Under the pieces are notes generated by a model. It ran no database searches, was not told the origin of the DNA, and worked only from the letters and a program-made list of their open reading frames with translations. This document shows, in pieces, positions 17,319-31,200 of a DNA stretch of 64,000 nt (positions within the stretch are counted from its first letter, which is position 1; every line of letters starts with the position of its first letter). The DNA is from Longimicrobiales bacterium (lineage in GTDB: Bacteria; Gemmatimonadota; Gemmatimonadetes; Longimicrobiales; Gaopeijiaceae), in assembly GCA_965204735.1 (NCBI GenBank), contig OZ242008.1, forward strand, positions 2,112,001 to 2,176,000, read 5' to 3'. The position numbers were made by a program, and so were the translations under genes.

Positions 17319-17573
17319 ATGCCGAACATCAAGAGCGCCAAGAAGCGGATGGAACTCAGCCGGGCCGCGCGGACCCGCAACCGAGCCGCGCGGTCGAAGA
17401 TCCGTACCGCGATCCGGCGGGTTCAGGAGGCCGGTTCGCACGAGCAGGCCGAGTCGTCCCGTCGCGCGGCCGTCGCGCTCCTCGATCGGGCGGCCGCCCG
17501 CCGTCTGATCCACCCCAACAAGGCCGCCAGGATCAAGTCCCAGCTCAACCGGAAGGTCCGCGCCCTGGCCTGA
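17319..17573 (+). CDS. rpsT: 30S ribosomal protein S20
   Basis: MPNIKSAKKR...RNRAARSKIRTAI...IHPNKAARIKS. Confidence 0.97.
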   Translation: MPNIKSAKKRMELSRAARTRNRAARSKIRTAIRRVQEAGSHEQAESSRRAAVALLDRAAARRLIHPNKAARIKSQLNRKVRALA

Positions 17574-17628
17574 GGCGGGTCCGGGCGTCGCCCGGATCGT
17601 TCGGGAAGCGACGGCATTGGCGTCGCCT

Positions 17629-17742
17629 CGGTCGCTACCGCCCCTCCGCCCGATGCTGGGCAACTACGAGGACAGGCGGACGTGGCTGATGATGGTCGCG
17701 ACGGTCGCTGTCGCCCCTCCGCCCGATGCCGGCCAACTACGA
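17629..17742. repeat. Two 41-bp direct repeats separated by 32 unique bp
   Basis: cggtcgct(ac/gt)cgcccctccgcccgatgc(t/c)gg(g/c)caactacga at 17629 and 17702 (37/41 identical). Confidence 0.75.
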
Positions 17743-17801
17743 CATCCACAAAGCAGTGCCATATGAATGCGTCAATCGATGTTATTTGCTAACTTGTTGC
17801 C

Positions 17802-18443
17802 ATGAAGTTCGCAGAACTGCTGGAGATCGTCGAGGACGAGCCCGTCTTTGAGACGGGTCTGCTGAAGGCCGGGCGCGGTCGCGAGGCCGGGTTGGCCGGG
17901 CAACTGGTGCGCTGGTCCGCCGCCGGCCGCCTGCACCAGCTGCGCAGGGGGCTTTACGCCCTGGCGCCCCCGTACCGGAAGACGATTCCCCACCCGTTCC
18001 TCGTGGCCAATCGAATGGTTCCCGGATCCTACGTGAGCGGAGTGTCGGCGCTTGCCGCTGCGGGAGCCGTGCCGGAGCACGTTGCCGAAGTCACCAGCGT
18101 CGGGTCGGTCAGGCCGAGGCTCCGCGAAACGCCGCTGGGTCGCTATTCGTTCCGCCGCGTCAAGCCGGAGATGCTCTTCGGCTACCGGCGGACGGCCCTG
18201 GGCGGAGGCCAGCACGCCTTCGTGGCCAGCCCCGAGAAGGCGTTCCTGGACTTGGCCTACCTGCAGTCGGGGGGCGACGACCCGGCGTGGATCGGCGGAC
18301 TGCGCCTCGACGCCCAGGCGTTGTCGATGGCCGCGCTGGAGAGTTTTGCCGCCAAGGCAGCCAGCCCGAAGTTGAAGCGGGCGGTCCGCCATCTCCGCGC
18401 CCTGGCCGAAGATCCAGCCCTGGCCTACGAAGAACTGGAGTGA
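17802..18443 (+). CDS. AbiEi-type antitoxin / transcriptional regulator (type IV TA)
   Basis: wHTH with LRRGLY, SYVSGVSAL, ASPEKAFLDLAY. TGATG-coupled to the AbiEii gene. Confidence 0.85.
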   Translation: MKFAELLEIVEDEPVFETGLLKAGRGREAGLAGQLVRWSAAGRLHQLRRGLYALAPPYRKTIPHPFLVANRMVPGSYVSGVSALAAAGAVPEHVAEVTSVGSVRPRLRETPLGRYSFRRVKPEMLFGYRRTALGGGQHAFVASPEKAFLDLAYLQSGGDDPAWIGGLRLDAQALSMAALESFAAKAASPKLKRAVRHLRALAEDPALAYEELE

Positions 18444-19273
18444 TGAAGGACCACCTTCGGCTATTGGTTCGGGCAACCGATCCGCTGGCCGGACGCAACG
18501 TCGCCCGGGAGTACCTGCAGGCGCGGGTTCTGGAGGGCATGGGGCGGGCGGGCGCGTTCGCGACTTTGGCGTTTCAGGGCGGCACTGCGGTCCGCTTTCT
18601 CTACAACCTGCCCCGGTACTCGGAGGACTTGGACTTCGCCTTGGAGGGTGACCGATCCAACTACGACCTCCGCGGCTGGCTTGCGACGGTTCAGCAGCAG
18701 TTTCGGCGTGAGGGCTACGAGGTGCGGACGGCAGTTCGCGACCGCGGTGCAGTCCATGCGGCTTGGCTGCGGTTTCCCGGCATCCTGTACGAGACCGGCT
18801 TGTCCCCGCACCGGGACCAAGTCCTGGCCGTCAAGATCGACGTGGACACGAACCCTCCGGCGGGCGCGGTCGCGCGCACGCGCCTAGTCCGTCGCCACGT
18901 GTCGCTCCGGTTGTGGCATCACGACCGGGCTTCCTTGCTGGCCGGGAAGGTTCACGCGGTGCTGCGTCGGCCGTTCGCCAAGGGCCGCGACGTGTACGAC
19001 TTGGCGTGGTACTTGAGCAATCCCGAGTGGCCGCAGCCGAACCTGGAGCTGCTCTCCGCCGCGTTGCGCCAGGGTCCGAAGTCGGGCCGGGCTCTGTTGC
19101 TGCCCGGCGCTTGGCAGGAGGCAACCGCGCGCCGCCTCGCGACGCTCTCGTGGGACGATCTCTCGGCCGACGCACGACCGTTCTTGGAAGGGCCGAACCG
19201 CCTGCCCGACCGGGCGGAGGTGCTGGATCTGCTGAGGCCGCTCCAGCCTAGGGGCCGGCCTAGGGCCAGCTAG
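18443..19273 (+). CDS. AbiEii-type nucleotidyltransferase toxin (type IV TA)
   Basis: REYLQ, FQGGTA, RYSEDLDF, LAGKVHA, KGRDVYDL. ATG at 18443. Confidence 0.88.
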   Translation: MKDHLRLLVRATDPLAGRNVAREYLQARVLEGMGRAGAFATLAFQGGTAVRFLYNLPRYSEDLDFALEGDRSNYDLRGWLATVQQQFRREGYEVRTAVRDRGAVHAAWLRFPGILYETGLSPHRDQVLAVKIDVDTNPPAGAVARTRLVRRHVSLRLWHHDRASLLAGKVHAVLRRPFAKGRDVYDLAWYLSNPEWPQPNLELLSAALRQGPKSGRALLLPGAWQEATARRLATLSWDDLSADARPFLEGPNRLPDRAEVLDLLRPLQPRGRPRAS

Positions 19274-22200
19274 TCAAAGGCGATCCTGCCGACGAGTCCG
19301 ACGCGGCGTTCCGGGGGCTGGAGTCCGTCGGCCACCTGCTCGCCGAAGAAGTCCATCACCAGGCGGAGGCCGGGGGCCTGCTGCTCGGCGGTCTCGCCGC
19401 CCAGCATCGCCCACTGGGTCCCTACGTTCAGGCGGTAGCCGGCCGCGCCCTCGCGGCTCCAGCGACCGAACGGCTTGATCTGGCCACCGCCGGGCAGCAG
19501 AACGCCGTAGCCCACCTGCATCGCCAGGCGGGACGGCGCCCAGCCTCGTGCGTTCTGGGGCGCTCCGAAGCCGTGGGCGGACGGGAAGCCGTGGGCCGGC
19601 ACGCCGCCGGGGCTCGCGGGACCGCCTGGCGCGGCGGGACCGCCGTAGCCGGCTTGGTCGCCGCTGGCGGGCACGCCGCCGGGCTGCGCCGCCGGAGCCG
19701 GCGCGCCCCGGCCCGGCACGCCCGCGGTCCGCCACACGTCGGCGCCGCCCTGCCACAGCGTCTGCGCTCCGCCCGAGGCATTGCCCCACGACGGCTCCAG
19801 CGAGAACGACAGCCCGCCGTCTTCGCGGCCGGGCTGGACCCGCAGTGCCACCGCCGCGCCCCAATCCTTGAAGTTCCGGTCCTGGTGGATCAGCAGCATC
19901 CGGCCACGGGCGTCCAGGCTCAACCCGCTGCCCGCGTGCGTGAAGCCCAGCTCGGCGCCCGCCTCGGCGCCCATCCCCGTCTCCGCGTCGCCCCGATCGT
20001 AGCGACCGCCCACCTCGATGCGCGTGCGCATGGCCACGCCGCTGCTCGTCCACTGCCCGCCCAGCTCGGGCGCCAGCCGCACCCGCTGCGCGTCGGCCGT
20101 CACGGCAGCCACATGTCCGTTCGACGCATCCGTCATCATCCGCACCGCGAAGGCGTCGGCCTTCAGCGCCAAGCCGCCCACCAGCTGCTGACGCACGCCC
20201 AGCGCGCCCATCCGCATCCGCAGGTCGGCGTCGTAGGTCGGACCCATCTCGCCCACGTTGGCGGCGCCCATCCCCGCGCCCGCCAAGCCCCATATCCCGA
20301 AGCCGCCCTGGGACGACCAGCTCAGGTAGGGGTAGAGGCTGGTCAGGTGGGCCTTCGTCTTGCCCACGCCGTTGATCCCGCTCTCGTAGTTCGCCGCCAC
20401 GTCGCTGCGCGAGCCGGCCAAGCCCATCAGGAAGCCCGAGCCGAAGCGGTAGTCCAGGCCCACATAGGCCGAGCGGGTCCGGCCGTCCATGGCGAAGTCG
20501 TCTTCGGGACGGCCCTCGAACTCGCCCACGTTGGCCTGGCCCCACAGCGTCCAGCCGGCCTGGGAGGCCGCCTGCGCCGGGGATGCGTCGGGCGAGGCGC
20601 TGGCGGAGCTGGCGGCATCGGCGCCGGCGCCGCCCTGGCCGTCGGGCGAGCCGCCACCGAAGGAGAGCTGGAACGAGCTCCGGGAGCGGAGGTCGCGGCC
20701 TGTCAGCGGGCTGAACGCGACGCCGCCGCGGGTGCGCTCGGCGCGGCCCGCGTCCTCTTCCCGCTGGCCCTGGTACGAGCCGCCCAAGCCGAGGGTGCCG
20801 CTCGGAGCGCCGCCCAAGCCCGTCGCGCCGTCGCCGAAGAAGATGGCGGCCAAGTCCAGCGTCCCGCTCGGGATGCCGCCGGGTCCCGACCCGGTGCCCG
20901 GATGCGTGATCTGGAACCCGAGCAGGCCCGTTGCGTCCCGCACCAGCGACTCGAGTCCGCAACGGCCGCCCGAGACGCCCCCGCCCAAGCCCGCGCCGCC
21001 TTCGTCCGGGCCAGCGTGGGCCGAGGCCGTGCCGCTGGACGTGCCGCCCGAGTCGCGGCCGCCGCCGAACGCGACGCAGCTCAGCGAGCGCCCGCCCAGC
21101 TGCACGTGCGAGCCGCCCGGCGAACCCGACGATTCCAGACCCAACCGACCGCCGATCGCGTCCACCGTCTCCGTTCCCAGCGACCGTCCGAACGCCGCCA
21201 GCGTCAGCTTCAACGCACGCGCCCGATCCGCACGCGACGCCGACACCGTCACGCTCGCCTGCTGCGTCGCCGTCAAGCCGCCCGCGTCCGTCGCCGTCAC
21301 CGTCACCACCGCCGCGCCGATCTCCCGCGGCGACACCGACAACCGCCCCGCGCCCGACACCGACGCCGCCGCCACACTCGGCGACGACGACACCACCGCG
21401 TAGCTCAGCGCGTCGCCGTCCGGGTCCCGGAAGTACTCGCCCAGACCCACCTCCCACGGCGCGCCGCCCACCTCCAGCACCGGCGGCGAAAGCGACCCCA
21501 CCGCCTCCGGACCCTCGTTCACGTCCAGCAGCGTCACCACGACCGCCGCCTCGGCCGTCAGACCGCCGCCGTCCGTCACGCGCACCGTCAGCGCGAACTC
21601 CGGCGGACCGTCCTCGTAGTCCTCGCCGGCGCCCACGTAGCGCACACGCCCGCTCGCGCCGTCCACCTGGAACCGACCCGCGTCGCCCTGCGCCAAGCTG
21701 TACGTCAGCGCGTCGCCGCGGTCCGGGTCCGTCGCCTCGACCCGTCCCAGCTCCCGAGGCCCGCGCACGTTCTCCGCCAGATCGAAGGCATACGCAGAGT
21801 CCACGAACGCCGGCGCCTCGTTCACGTCCAGCAGCAGCACCCTCACCTTCGCCACCGCCGCCAACCCAGCACGGTCCGTCGCCACCACCTCGAACTCCCA
21901 GCCCTCAGGACCCGTCTCCGCGTCCTCGCCAGCGCCCACGTACCGCACCACCCCGCTCGACTCGCCCACGTCGAACAGCGCCGCGCTCGCGCCGCTCAAG
22001 CTGTAGCGCAGCGTGTCGCCCGCATCCACGTCCGTCGCCTCGACCGCGCCGAGCTCCACCGGGCCCGCCACGTGCTCCGCCAACTCCCACTCCCAGATCG
22101 CCTCCACGAACACCGGGCCCTCGTTCCGGTCCTCGAGCGTCACCACCACTCGGGTCCGCGCAACCAGACCGCCTCGGTCCGTCGCCGTCACCTCCAGCTC

Positions 22201-25200
22201 CCAGCTGCCCGGGCCCGTCTCTGCATCTTCGCCCGTGCCCACGTACTGCACCGCACCGCTCGTCGCGTTCACCTTGAACCGCTCGGCGTCGCCCGCCGTC
22301 AGCGCATACGACAGCCAGTCGCCGCCGTCCGGGTCTGTTGCCCGAACCGCGCCCAGCAGCAGCGGACCGCGAGCGTTCTCCGCCAGATCGAAGGCGTACG
22401 CAGAGTCGGCGAACGCTGGTCCCTCGTTTACGTTCGTCAGCGCCACCGCCACCAACGCCTTGGCGCTCGAACCCGCCAGGTCCGTCGCCGTGACTTCCAG
22501 CTCCCACGACTTCGGTCCCGGGCCCTCGTAGTCCTCGCCCGTCCCCACGTACCGCACCGCGCCCGTCGCGCCGTCCACCTCGAAGCGATCGGCGTCGCCC
22601 GACGCCAGCCGGTACGTCAGCGTGTCCCCTTCGTCCAGGTCCACCGCCTCCGCCACGCCCAGCGCCAGCGGCCCGGCAACGTTCTCCGCCATCGCGAAGG
22701 CGTAGCGCTCCGCCGTGAACACCGGCGCGTCGTTCACGTTCACCAGCCGCACCGTCACCGTCGCGTCGCCCGTCCGCTCACCGTCGTCCGCCGTCGCGCG
22801 CACGATCATCACGAACTCCGAACGCGCCTCCGCGTCCTCGCCCGTCCCCACATACCGCACCTCGCCGGTGCGAGCGTCCACCTCGAAGAGACCCTCGTCG
22901 CCCGCCGCCAGCGAGTACGTCACCTCGCCGCCGAAGGGATCGGTCGCACTCACCGTCCCCACCACCACCGGCCCCAACTCGTCCTCCGTCAGCTCGAACT
23001 CGTACTCCGCGCGACCGAACACCGGGTCCGTGCCGCCCGCCCCGTTCACCTGGTGCTCCTCCAGGTTCTCCACCGCGTAGCTGCTCAAGTCCAGCGTAGC
23101 CGCCGTCGTGCCGCCCGCGATCCGCAGCGCGCCGCCTGCCGCCGTCAGCGCGTCGGCAGCGATGCTGATCCCGTCCTCGTCCCGGTCCGCAGGCTGCACC
23201 ACGTACTCGAACACCAGCACCGGCGTGCCCGAACCCGACACGTAGCTCGCGTGACGCACGGCCGTTCCGATCTCGATCGACAGCCGCACCGGAGCCGTCG
23301 CAGCCGACATGTGGCCCGCCTGCTGCGGCGCCCCCGCCACCTCGACCGGTCGGCTGAACGTCACCGCCACCCGGATCACGCTGCGCGGACCGTACAGTCC
23401 GTTCGCGCCCGGCGTGCTCGTCACCGCCATCCCCACCACCGCCGGAACCGCCTCGACCGTGCCGTCCACCTTGTCGTTCGCGGCAGCCGCGATCGCGTGG
23501 CTGCCCAGCGCCAGAACCGCCGGACGTACACCGTCCGCCGTGTTCACGATCGTCGCGCCGTTCAGCGTCAGCGCAGCAGCTGCCACGCCCACGCCGTCGG
23601 CGTCGGCGTCCACGCCGCCCGTCCCGCTGCCGCCACTGCCCGCGCCCTGCACGCGGTACGCGAACGACAGCGTCGCCGTGCCGCTGCCAGCGGCGTAGCT
23701 CGCCTGCCGCGTCGCCGTGCCCACCGTCAGCGCCAGCTGCGGCGCGCCCGTCACCGTCACCGCACGGTCGAACGTCACCTGCACCTCGATTCGCTCGCCC
23801 AGGCCGTAGGTGTCCCCGCTCTCCGGCGTGCTCGACACCGCAACGCCCGTCACCGACGCGCCCGCCAGCGTGCCGTCCACCTTGTGGCCCGCAGCAGCGC
23901 TCAGCGCATGGCTGCCCAGTCCCAGAGCCGCCGCAGTCGTGCCGTTGCGGGCGTCGGCGATCGTCCCGCTGTTCAGCGCCAGCGCGCTCGCGCCGATGCT
24001 GATCCCGTCGGTGTCGGCGTCCGCCTGCACCACCGTGTACCGGAACGTCAGCGTGTGCGTGCCCGTCCCGCTCGCGTAGTCCGCCTGCCGCGTCTGCGCG
24101 CCCACCGTCAGCGCCATCTGCGGCGTGCCCGTCACCACCACGCGACGGTTGAACGTCACCTGCACCTCGACCTGCTCGCCCCGACCGTACGTCGTCGCCA
24201 CCGCCGGCGAACTCGTCAGCGACACGCCGCTCACCGACGCCGCCGTGAACGTCCCGCCCGCAACCTTGTGGCCCGAGCTGTTGCTCACCGCATGGGCGCC
24301 CAGCCCCAGAACGGCGTCCACCGTGCCGCCCGCCACGTCGATCGTACCGCCGTTCAGCGCCAGCGCGCTCGCGCCGATGCTCAACCCGTCGGCGTCGGTG
24401 TCTGCCGTCACGACCAAGTACCGGAACACCAGCGACGCCGTGCCCGTCCCGCTCGCGTAGCTCGCCTGCTTCGTCGCAGCGCCGATCGTCAACGCCAGCT
24501 GCGGCGTGCCCGTCACGTCCACACCCTTGTTGAACGTCACCGTCGCGATGATCGTGTCGCCACGCTCGAACGTGTCGCCGATCGGCGGCGACGCGATCGA
24601 CACGCCGCTCACCCCCGGCGGTCCCTGGGCACCGTCCACCCTGTGGGCCGCGTCGTTCGATATCGCGTGGCTGCCCAGCCCCAGGCTCGCCGCCGTCGTG
24701 CCGTCGCGGGCGTCGGCAATCGCGCCGCCGTTCAGCCCCAGTGCGCTCGCGCCGATGCTCAACCCGTTCGCGTCCGCGTCCCCAGCCACCACCTCGTACT
24801 GGAACGTCAGCTGCTTGCCGGCGGTCGCCGAGACGTACGCCGCTTGGCGGGTCTGCGAACCGATCGTCAGCGCCAGCTGCGGCGCGCCCGTCACCGTCAC
24901 GTTGCGGTTGAACGTCACCTCGACCTCGATCTGCTCGCTCAACCCGTACGTGCTGCCGCCCGCCGGGCTGCTCGTGATCGACACCTCGCTCACCGACGAC
25001 GCCGTGAACGTGCCGCCGGCGACACGGCGCGCGCCGTCGTTGCTGATCGCGTGATGCGCCAAGCTCAGCAGGGCGTCCGTCGTCCCGCCCGCCACGTCGA
25101 TCGTCCCGCCGTTCAGCGCCAACGCGCTCGCGCCCACGCTCAACCCGTCCGTGTCCGCGTCCGCCTGCACCACCACGTACCGGAACACCAGCGCCGTCGT

Positions 25201-28200
25201 GCCCGTTCCCGATGCGTAGCCGGCCTGCCGCGTCTGCGTCCCAATCGACAACGCCAGCTGCGGCGTGCCCGTCACGTCCACCGCCTTGTTGAACGTCACC
25301 GTCGCAACCACCGTGTCGCCCCGCTCGAACGTGGCGCCCACCGGCGGCGCAGCCACCGACATCCCCACCACGCCCGGCGGTCCCAAGCTGCCGTTCACCT
25401 TATGCGACGCCGCGTTCGACACGGCGTTCGTACCCAGCCCCAGCGCCGCCGCCGCAGCGCCCGGGCGCACGTCCGCGATCGTGCCGCCGTTCAGCGTCAA
25501 AGCGCTCGCGCCGATGCTGATTCCGTCGGTGTCCGCGTCCGCCGGACGGACCGCGTATCCGAACACCAGCGTGTCCGCCTTGCTGGAAGCGGCCACATAG
25601 CTCGCCTGCCGCGTGACCGTCCCAATCGTCAGCGCCAGCCGCGGCGAGCCCGTCACCGCCACCGGGCGACCGAACGCCACCTTCACCTCGATCTGCTCAC
25701 CCAGCTGGTACGTGCTCGCGCTCGCCGGCGTGCTCGACACCGTCACCGCACTCACCGCCGGCGTCGTGAACGTGCCGCCCGCAACCTTGTGGCCCGCGCT
25801 GTTCGCCACCGCGCTCGCGCCCAGCCCCAACGTCGCATCCAGCGTCCCGCCCGCGACCCGGATCGTCCCGCCGTTCAGCGCCAATGCGCTCGCTGCGATG
25901 CTCAACCCGTCCGCGTCCGCGTCGCCGCTCGCCACCACGTACCGGAACACCAGCGTGTCCGTACCCGTCCCACTCGCGTACGCCGCCTGCCTGGTCGCGC
26001 TCCCGATCGTCAGCGCCAACCGCGGCGTCCCCGTCACATCCACCGACCGGTTGAACACCAGCGACACCTCGATCGTCTCGCCACGCTCGAAGGTGTCGCC
26101 CACCGTCGGCGCACCGATCGACAACCCCGTCACGCCCGGCGGCCCGCGGCTGCCGTCCACCTTGTGCGCCGCAGCGTTCGATATCGCGTTGCTCCCCAGA
26201 CCCAGGCCCGCCGCCGTCGTGCCGCCCCGAGCGTCGTTGATCGTTCCGCCGTTCAGCGCCAACGCGCTCGCCGCGATGCCGATCCCCGTCGAGTCCTCGT
26301 CCGCCGCCACCACCGTGTAGCCGAACGCCAGCGTCGCCGTCCCGCTCCCGCTCGCGTACGCCGCCTGACGCGTCTGCGAACCGATCGTCAGCGCCAGCTG
26401 CGGCGCGCCCGTCACCGCCACCGGGCGCGTGAACCCAACCTCGACCTCGATCACCTCCGTACGTCCGTACGTGCTGTCGCTCGACGGAGCGCTCGATATC
26501 GTCACGCCGCTCACTGCCGCAGCCGTGAACGTCCCGCCCGCCACCTTGTAGTTCCCGTTGTCGGTGACAAAGTGATCGCGCAGGCTCAGCACCGCGTCCG
26601 TCGCACCGCCCGACACGCGGATCGTCCCGCCGTTCAGCGCCAACGCGCTCGTGCCGATGCTGATCCCCGTCGAGTCCTCGTCCGCCGTCACCACCACGTA
26701 CCGGAACACCAGCGTGTCCGTGCCCGTGCCCGCAGCGTAGCTCGCCTGCTTCGTCGCGCTCCCGATCCCCAACGCCAGCTGCGGCGTACCCGTCACCGCC
26801 ACCGCCTTGGTGAACGCGATCTTGACCTCGATCGTCTCGCCACGCTCGAACGTGTCGCCCACATGAGGCGAGCCGATCGACAGCGCGCTCACGCCCGGCG
26901 GTCCGAGCGCGCCGTCCACCTTGTGCGACGCCGCGTTCGCGATCGCGCTCGATCCCAGGCCCAGGCTCGCAGCCGTCGAACCGCCCCGAGCGTCGTTGAT
27001 CGTGCCGCCGTTCAGCGCCAGCGCGCTCGCGCCGATGCTGATCCCATTCGAGTCCGCGTCCGCCGCCAGCACCTCGTAGCCGAACGTCAGCGTCTTCGTG
27101 AACGTCCCGCTCGCGTACTCCGCCTGCCGCGTCCGAGCCCCCACCGTCAGCGCCAGCTGCGGCGCGCCGCCCGTCACTACCGGCCGCACGAACGACACCT
27201 CGACCTCGATCTCCTCGCCCAGACCGTACGTGTCACCGCTCGACGGAGCGCTCGAGATCGTCACGCCGCTCACCGACGACGCCGTGAACGTCCCGCCCGC
27301 AACCTTGTGCCCCGTGCTGTTCGTCACCGCGTGCGTGCTCAGCCCCAAAGTCGCGTCCAGCGTCCCGCCCGACAGCCGGATCGTCCCGCTGTTCAACGCC
27401 AGCGCGCTCGTCCCGATGCTCAACCCGTCCGCGTCCACGTCCGCAGTCACCACCGTGTACTGGAACACCAGCGCCGTCGTGCCCGTGCCGCTCGCGTACG
27501 ACGCCTGCCGCGTCTGACTCCCGATCCCCAAAGCCAGCTGCGGCGTACCCGTCACGTCCACCGCACGGTTGAACGTCAACGTCGCCGCAATCACGTCGCC
27601 ACGCTCGAACGTGTCGCCCACGGGCGGCGACGCCACGACCAACCCCGTCACCCCGGGCGGCCCCAGGTTGCCGTTCACCTTGTGCGCCGCAGCGTTCGTA
27701 ATCGCGTAGCTCCCCAGGCCCAGGCCCGCCGCCATCGTCGCGTCGCGAGCGTCCGAGATCGTGCCGCCGTTCAGCGCCAGCGCGCTCGCCCCGATGCTGA
27801 TCCCGTTCGCGTCGGCGTCCGCCGCCACCACCACGTAGCCGAACGTCAGCGTCTTCGTCCCCGTCCCGCTCGCGTACTCCGCCTGCCGCGTCTGCGTACC
27901 AATCGTCAGCGCCACCTGCGGCGTGTCCGTCACCATCACGCGCCGGTTGAACGTCACCTCGACCTCGATCTGCTCCGTCCGGCCGTACGTGCTGTCGCTC
28001 GCCGGAGCGCTCGTGATCGACACGCCCGCAACCGTCGCCGCCGTGAACAACCCGCCGTTCACCACCAGGAAGTTGCTGAACGCCTGGTGCTCCAAGCTCA
28101 GCAAGGCGTCCGTCGTTCCGCCCGCCACGTCGATCGTCCCCCCGTTCAGCGTCAACGCGCTCGCGCCCACGCTCAACCCGTCCGCGTCCACGTCCGCAGC

Positions 28201-31200
28201 CACCACCACGTACCGGAACACCAGCGACGTCGTCCCCGTGCCCGACGCGTACGCCGCCTGACGCGTCTGCGCGCCGATCCCCAAAGCCAGCCGCGGCGTA
28301 CCCGTCACGTCCACCGACTTGTTGAACCGCACCGTCGCAACCACCGTGTCGCCGCGCTCGAACGTCGTGCCCGTCGGCGGCGACGCCACCGTCAGGCCCG
28401 TCACGCCCGGCGGTCCCAGCCCGCCGTTCACCTTGTGCGACGCCGCGTTCGTCACCGCGCTCGACCCCAGCCCCAGCGCAGCAGCAGCAGCGCCCGGCCG
28501 CACGTCCGCAATCGTACCCCCGTTCAACGTCAGCGCGCTCGCTGCGATGCTGAGCCCGTCCGCGTCCGCGTCCGAAGGACGAACCGCGTACCCGAACACC
28601 AGCGTGTCCACCTTGCTCGAAGCCGAATCGTAGACCGCCTGCCTAGTCGTCGTCCCGATCGTCAGCGCCAGCCGCGGCGTGCCCGTCACCGCCACCGGTC
28701 GCCCGAACGCCACCTTCACCTCGATCGACTCGCCCAACTGGTACGTCTGACCGCTCGCCGGAGCGCTCGACACCGTCACCGCGCTCACTGCCGGCGTCGT
28801 GAACGTACTGCCAGACACCTGGTGGCCGCCACTGTTCGTCACCGCGCTCGCGCCCAGCCCCAACGTCGCGTCCAGCGTCCCGCCAGCCAGACGGATCGTC
28901 CCGCCGCTCAACGTCAGCGCGCCCGCTCCGATGCTCAATCCGTCCGCGTCCGCGTCGCCGCTCGCCACCACGTACTGGAACAGCAGCCCCGTCGTGCCCG
29001 TGCCGCTCGCGTAGCTCGCCTGCCTCGTCGCTGAACCGATCGTCAGCGCGAGCCGCGGCGTGCCCGTCACGTCCACCGCGCGGTTGAACTCCAGTTCGAC
29101 CGCGATCGTCTCGCCACGCTCGAACACGTCGCCCACCACAGGAGAACTGATCGTCAGCGCATTCACCCCCGGCGGTCCCAGGTTGCCGTCCACCTTGTGC
29201 GCAGCAGCGTTCGATATCGCGTGCGTGCCCAAGCCCAGGCTCGCGTTCGTCGTGCCGCCCGCGATCCGGATCGCGCCGCCGTTCAGCGCCAAAGCGCTCG
29301 CACCGATGCTGATCCCCGTCGAATCCGCGTCCGCAGCCACCACCGTGTACTCGAACCTCAACGTCCGCGTGCCCGTACCCCCCGCGTAATACGCGAACCT
29401 GCTCACGCTCCCGACGGTGATCAACACGTACGGCGTCCCGAGAGTTGTCGCCCCCGGCGTGCCCGTCACGTCCACCGAACGCTCGAACTCGACCTCCACC
29501 TCGATCGCCTCCGTACGTCCGTACGTGCTGTCGCTCGCCGGCGCACTCGCGATCGACACGCCGCTCACCACCGGCGCCACCTCCTTCGTCCCGTCCACCT
29601 GGTACGCCACCGCGTCCGCGAAGTTCCACGGAACCAGCGACAGCCGCGCGTCCGTCGTCGTCCCCGTCGCACGAATCGTCGCGCCGCCCGGCAACGTCAG
29701 CGCGCTCGCACCGATGCTGATCCCCGTCGAGTCCGCGTCCGCCGCAACCACCGTGTAGCAGAACACCAAGATGACGCCGCCCCCTGTCGTGCCGCACAGC
29801 GCAGCGCTCCGCGTCTGCGAACCGATCCCCAGCGCCAGTCGCGGCGTGCCCGTCACCGTCACGCCCGTGTTGAACCCGACCCCCACGCGTATCTCGTCGC
29901 CCAGACCGTACACGCTGTCCGTGCTCGCGTAAGAAATCCCGGTGTTCGCCGCCGACATGAAGAACGCGCTTGTCACGTACGGTACGGCGCCCGAAACCTT
30001 GTGCGCCGAAGCGTTCGAAAACACGTGCGAGCCCAACGCCAGGTCCGCCGCGTCCGACCACTGCCGACCGTCCGCGATCGTGTCCGCCGCGCTCACCGCC
30101 AGTGCGCCCGCGCCCACGCTGATCCCGTCCGCGTCCGCGTCCGTCGCCTGAACCACGTACCGAAACGTCACTCGCGTGAACGTCGCGTCCCTGCGGTTGT
30201 ACTCCGCCTGGCGCGTCGAGTCGCCGACCTCCAACGCCAGACGCGGCGTCCCCGCCACGTACACCCCCCGCACGAACTCCACCTCCACCTCGATCGCCTC
30301 GCCCGCCAAGTACGTGTCGCCCACCACAGGACTGCTCGTTATCCTCAACCCCTTCACCACCGGCGTCGTCCGCGTGTTGCCCGCCACCTTGTGCGCCGCG
30401 CTGTTCGTCACCGTGTGAGCGCCCAAACCCAACGCCGCGTCCGTCGTCGTCCCCATCTGCCGGATCGTCGACCCGGACGGAGTCTCCAGCGCGTTCGCGC
30501 CGATGCTGATCCCGTCCGTGTCCGCGTCCGTCTGGAACACCGTGTACTCGAACTCCAGCGACGCAGTCCCCGAACCCCTCGCGTAGAGCGCGTTCCGCAA
30601 ACTCGACCCGATCCCGAGCCGAACCCGCGGCCTGTTTGCGCCTGTGGTGGGCGTCACCGTCACCGCCGCGTTGAACTCCACCGTCACGACCACCACGTCG
30701 CTCAACTCGAACGTGCTGTCCGCCGGAGCATCGCCGATCGACACGCCCGTCACCCCCGGCGGCCCCAGATTGCCGTCCACCTTGTGCGCAGCCGCGTTCG
30801 TGATCGTGTGGCTGCCCAGACCAAGGTTCGCGACCGCCGTGCCGCCCGCGATCCGGATCGTCCCGCCGTTCAGCGCCAGAGCGCTCGCGCCGATGCTGAC
30901 CCCCGTCGCGTCGCTGTCCGTCGGCACAACCGTGTAGCGGAACCTCAAGGAGCGCGTTCCGGTGCCCGCCGCGTAGTCCGCCTGCCGCGTCTGCGTCCCG
31001 ATCCCCAGCGTCACCTGCGGCGTCCCCGTCGCGTCCACCGGGCGGTCGAAGTCGACCTTGACCTCGATCGTGTCGCCCGTCGCGTACGTCGAGTCGGCGC
31101 CCGCGTCGCTGCTGATCGACACGCCGCTGACGTTCGGCGCCGCCTCCTTGGCGCCGTCAACCTGGAAAGCGATGTTGTTCGTGATCTCGTATCCAGCCAG

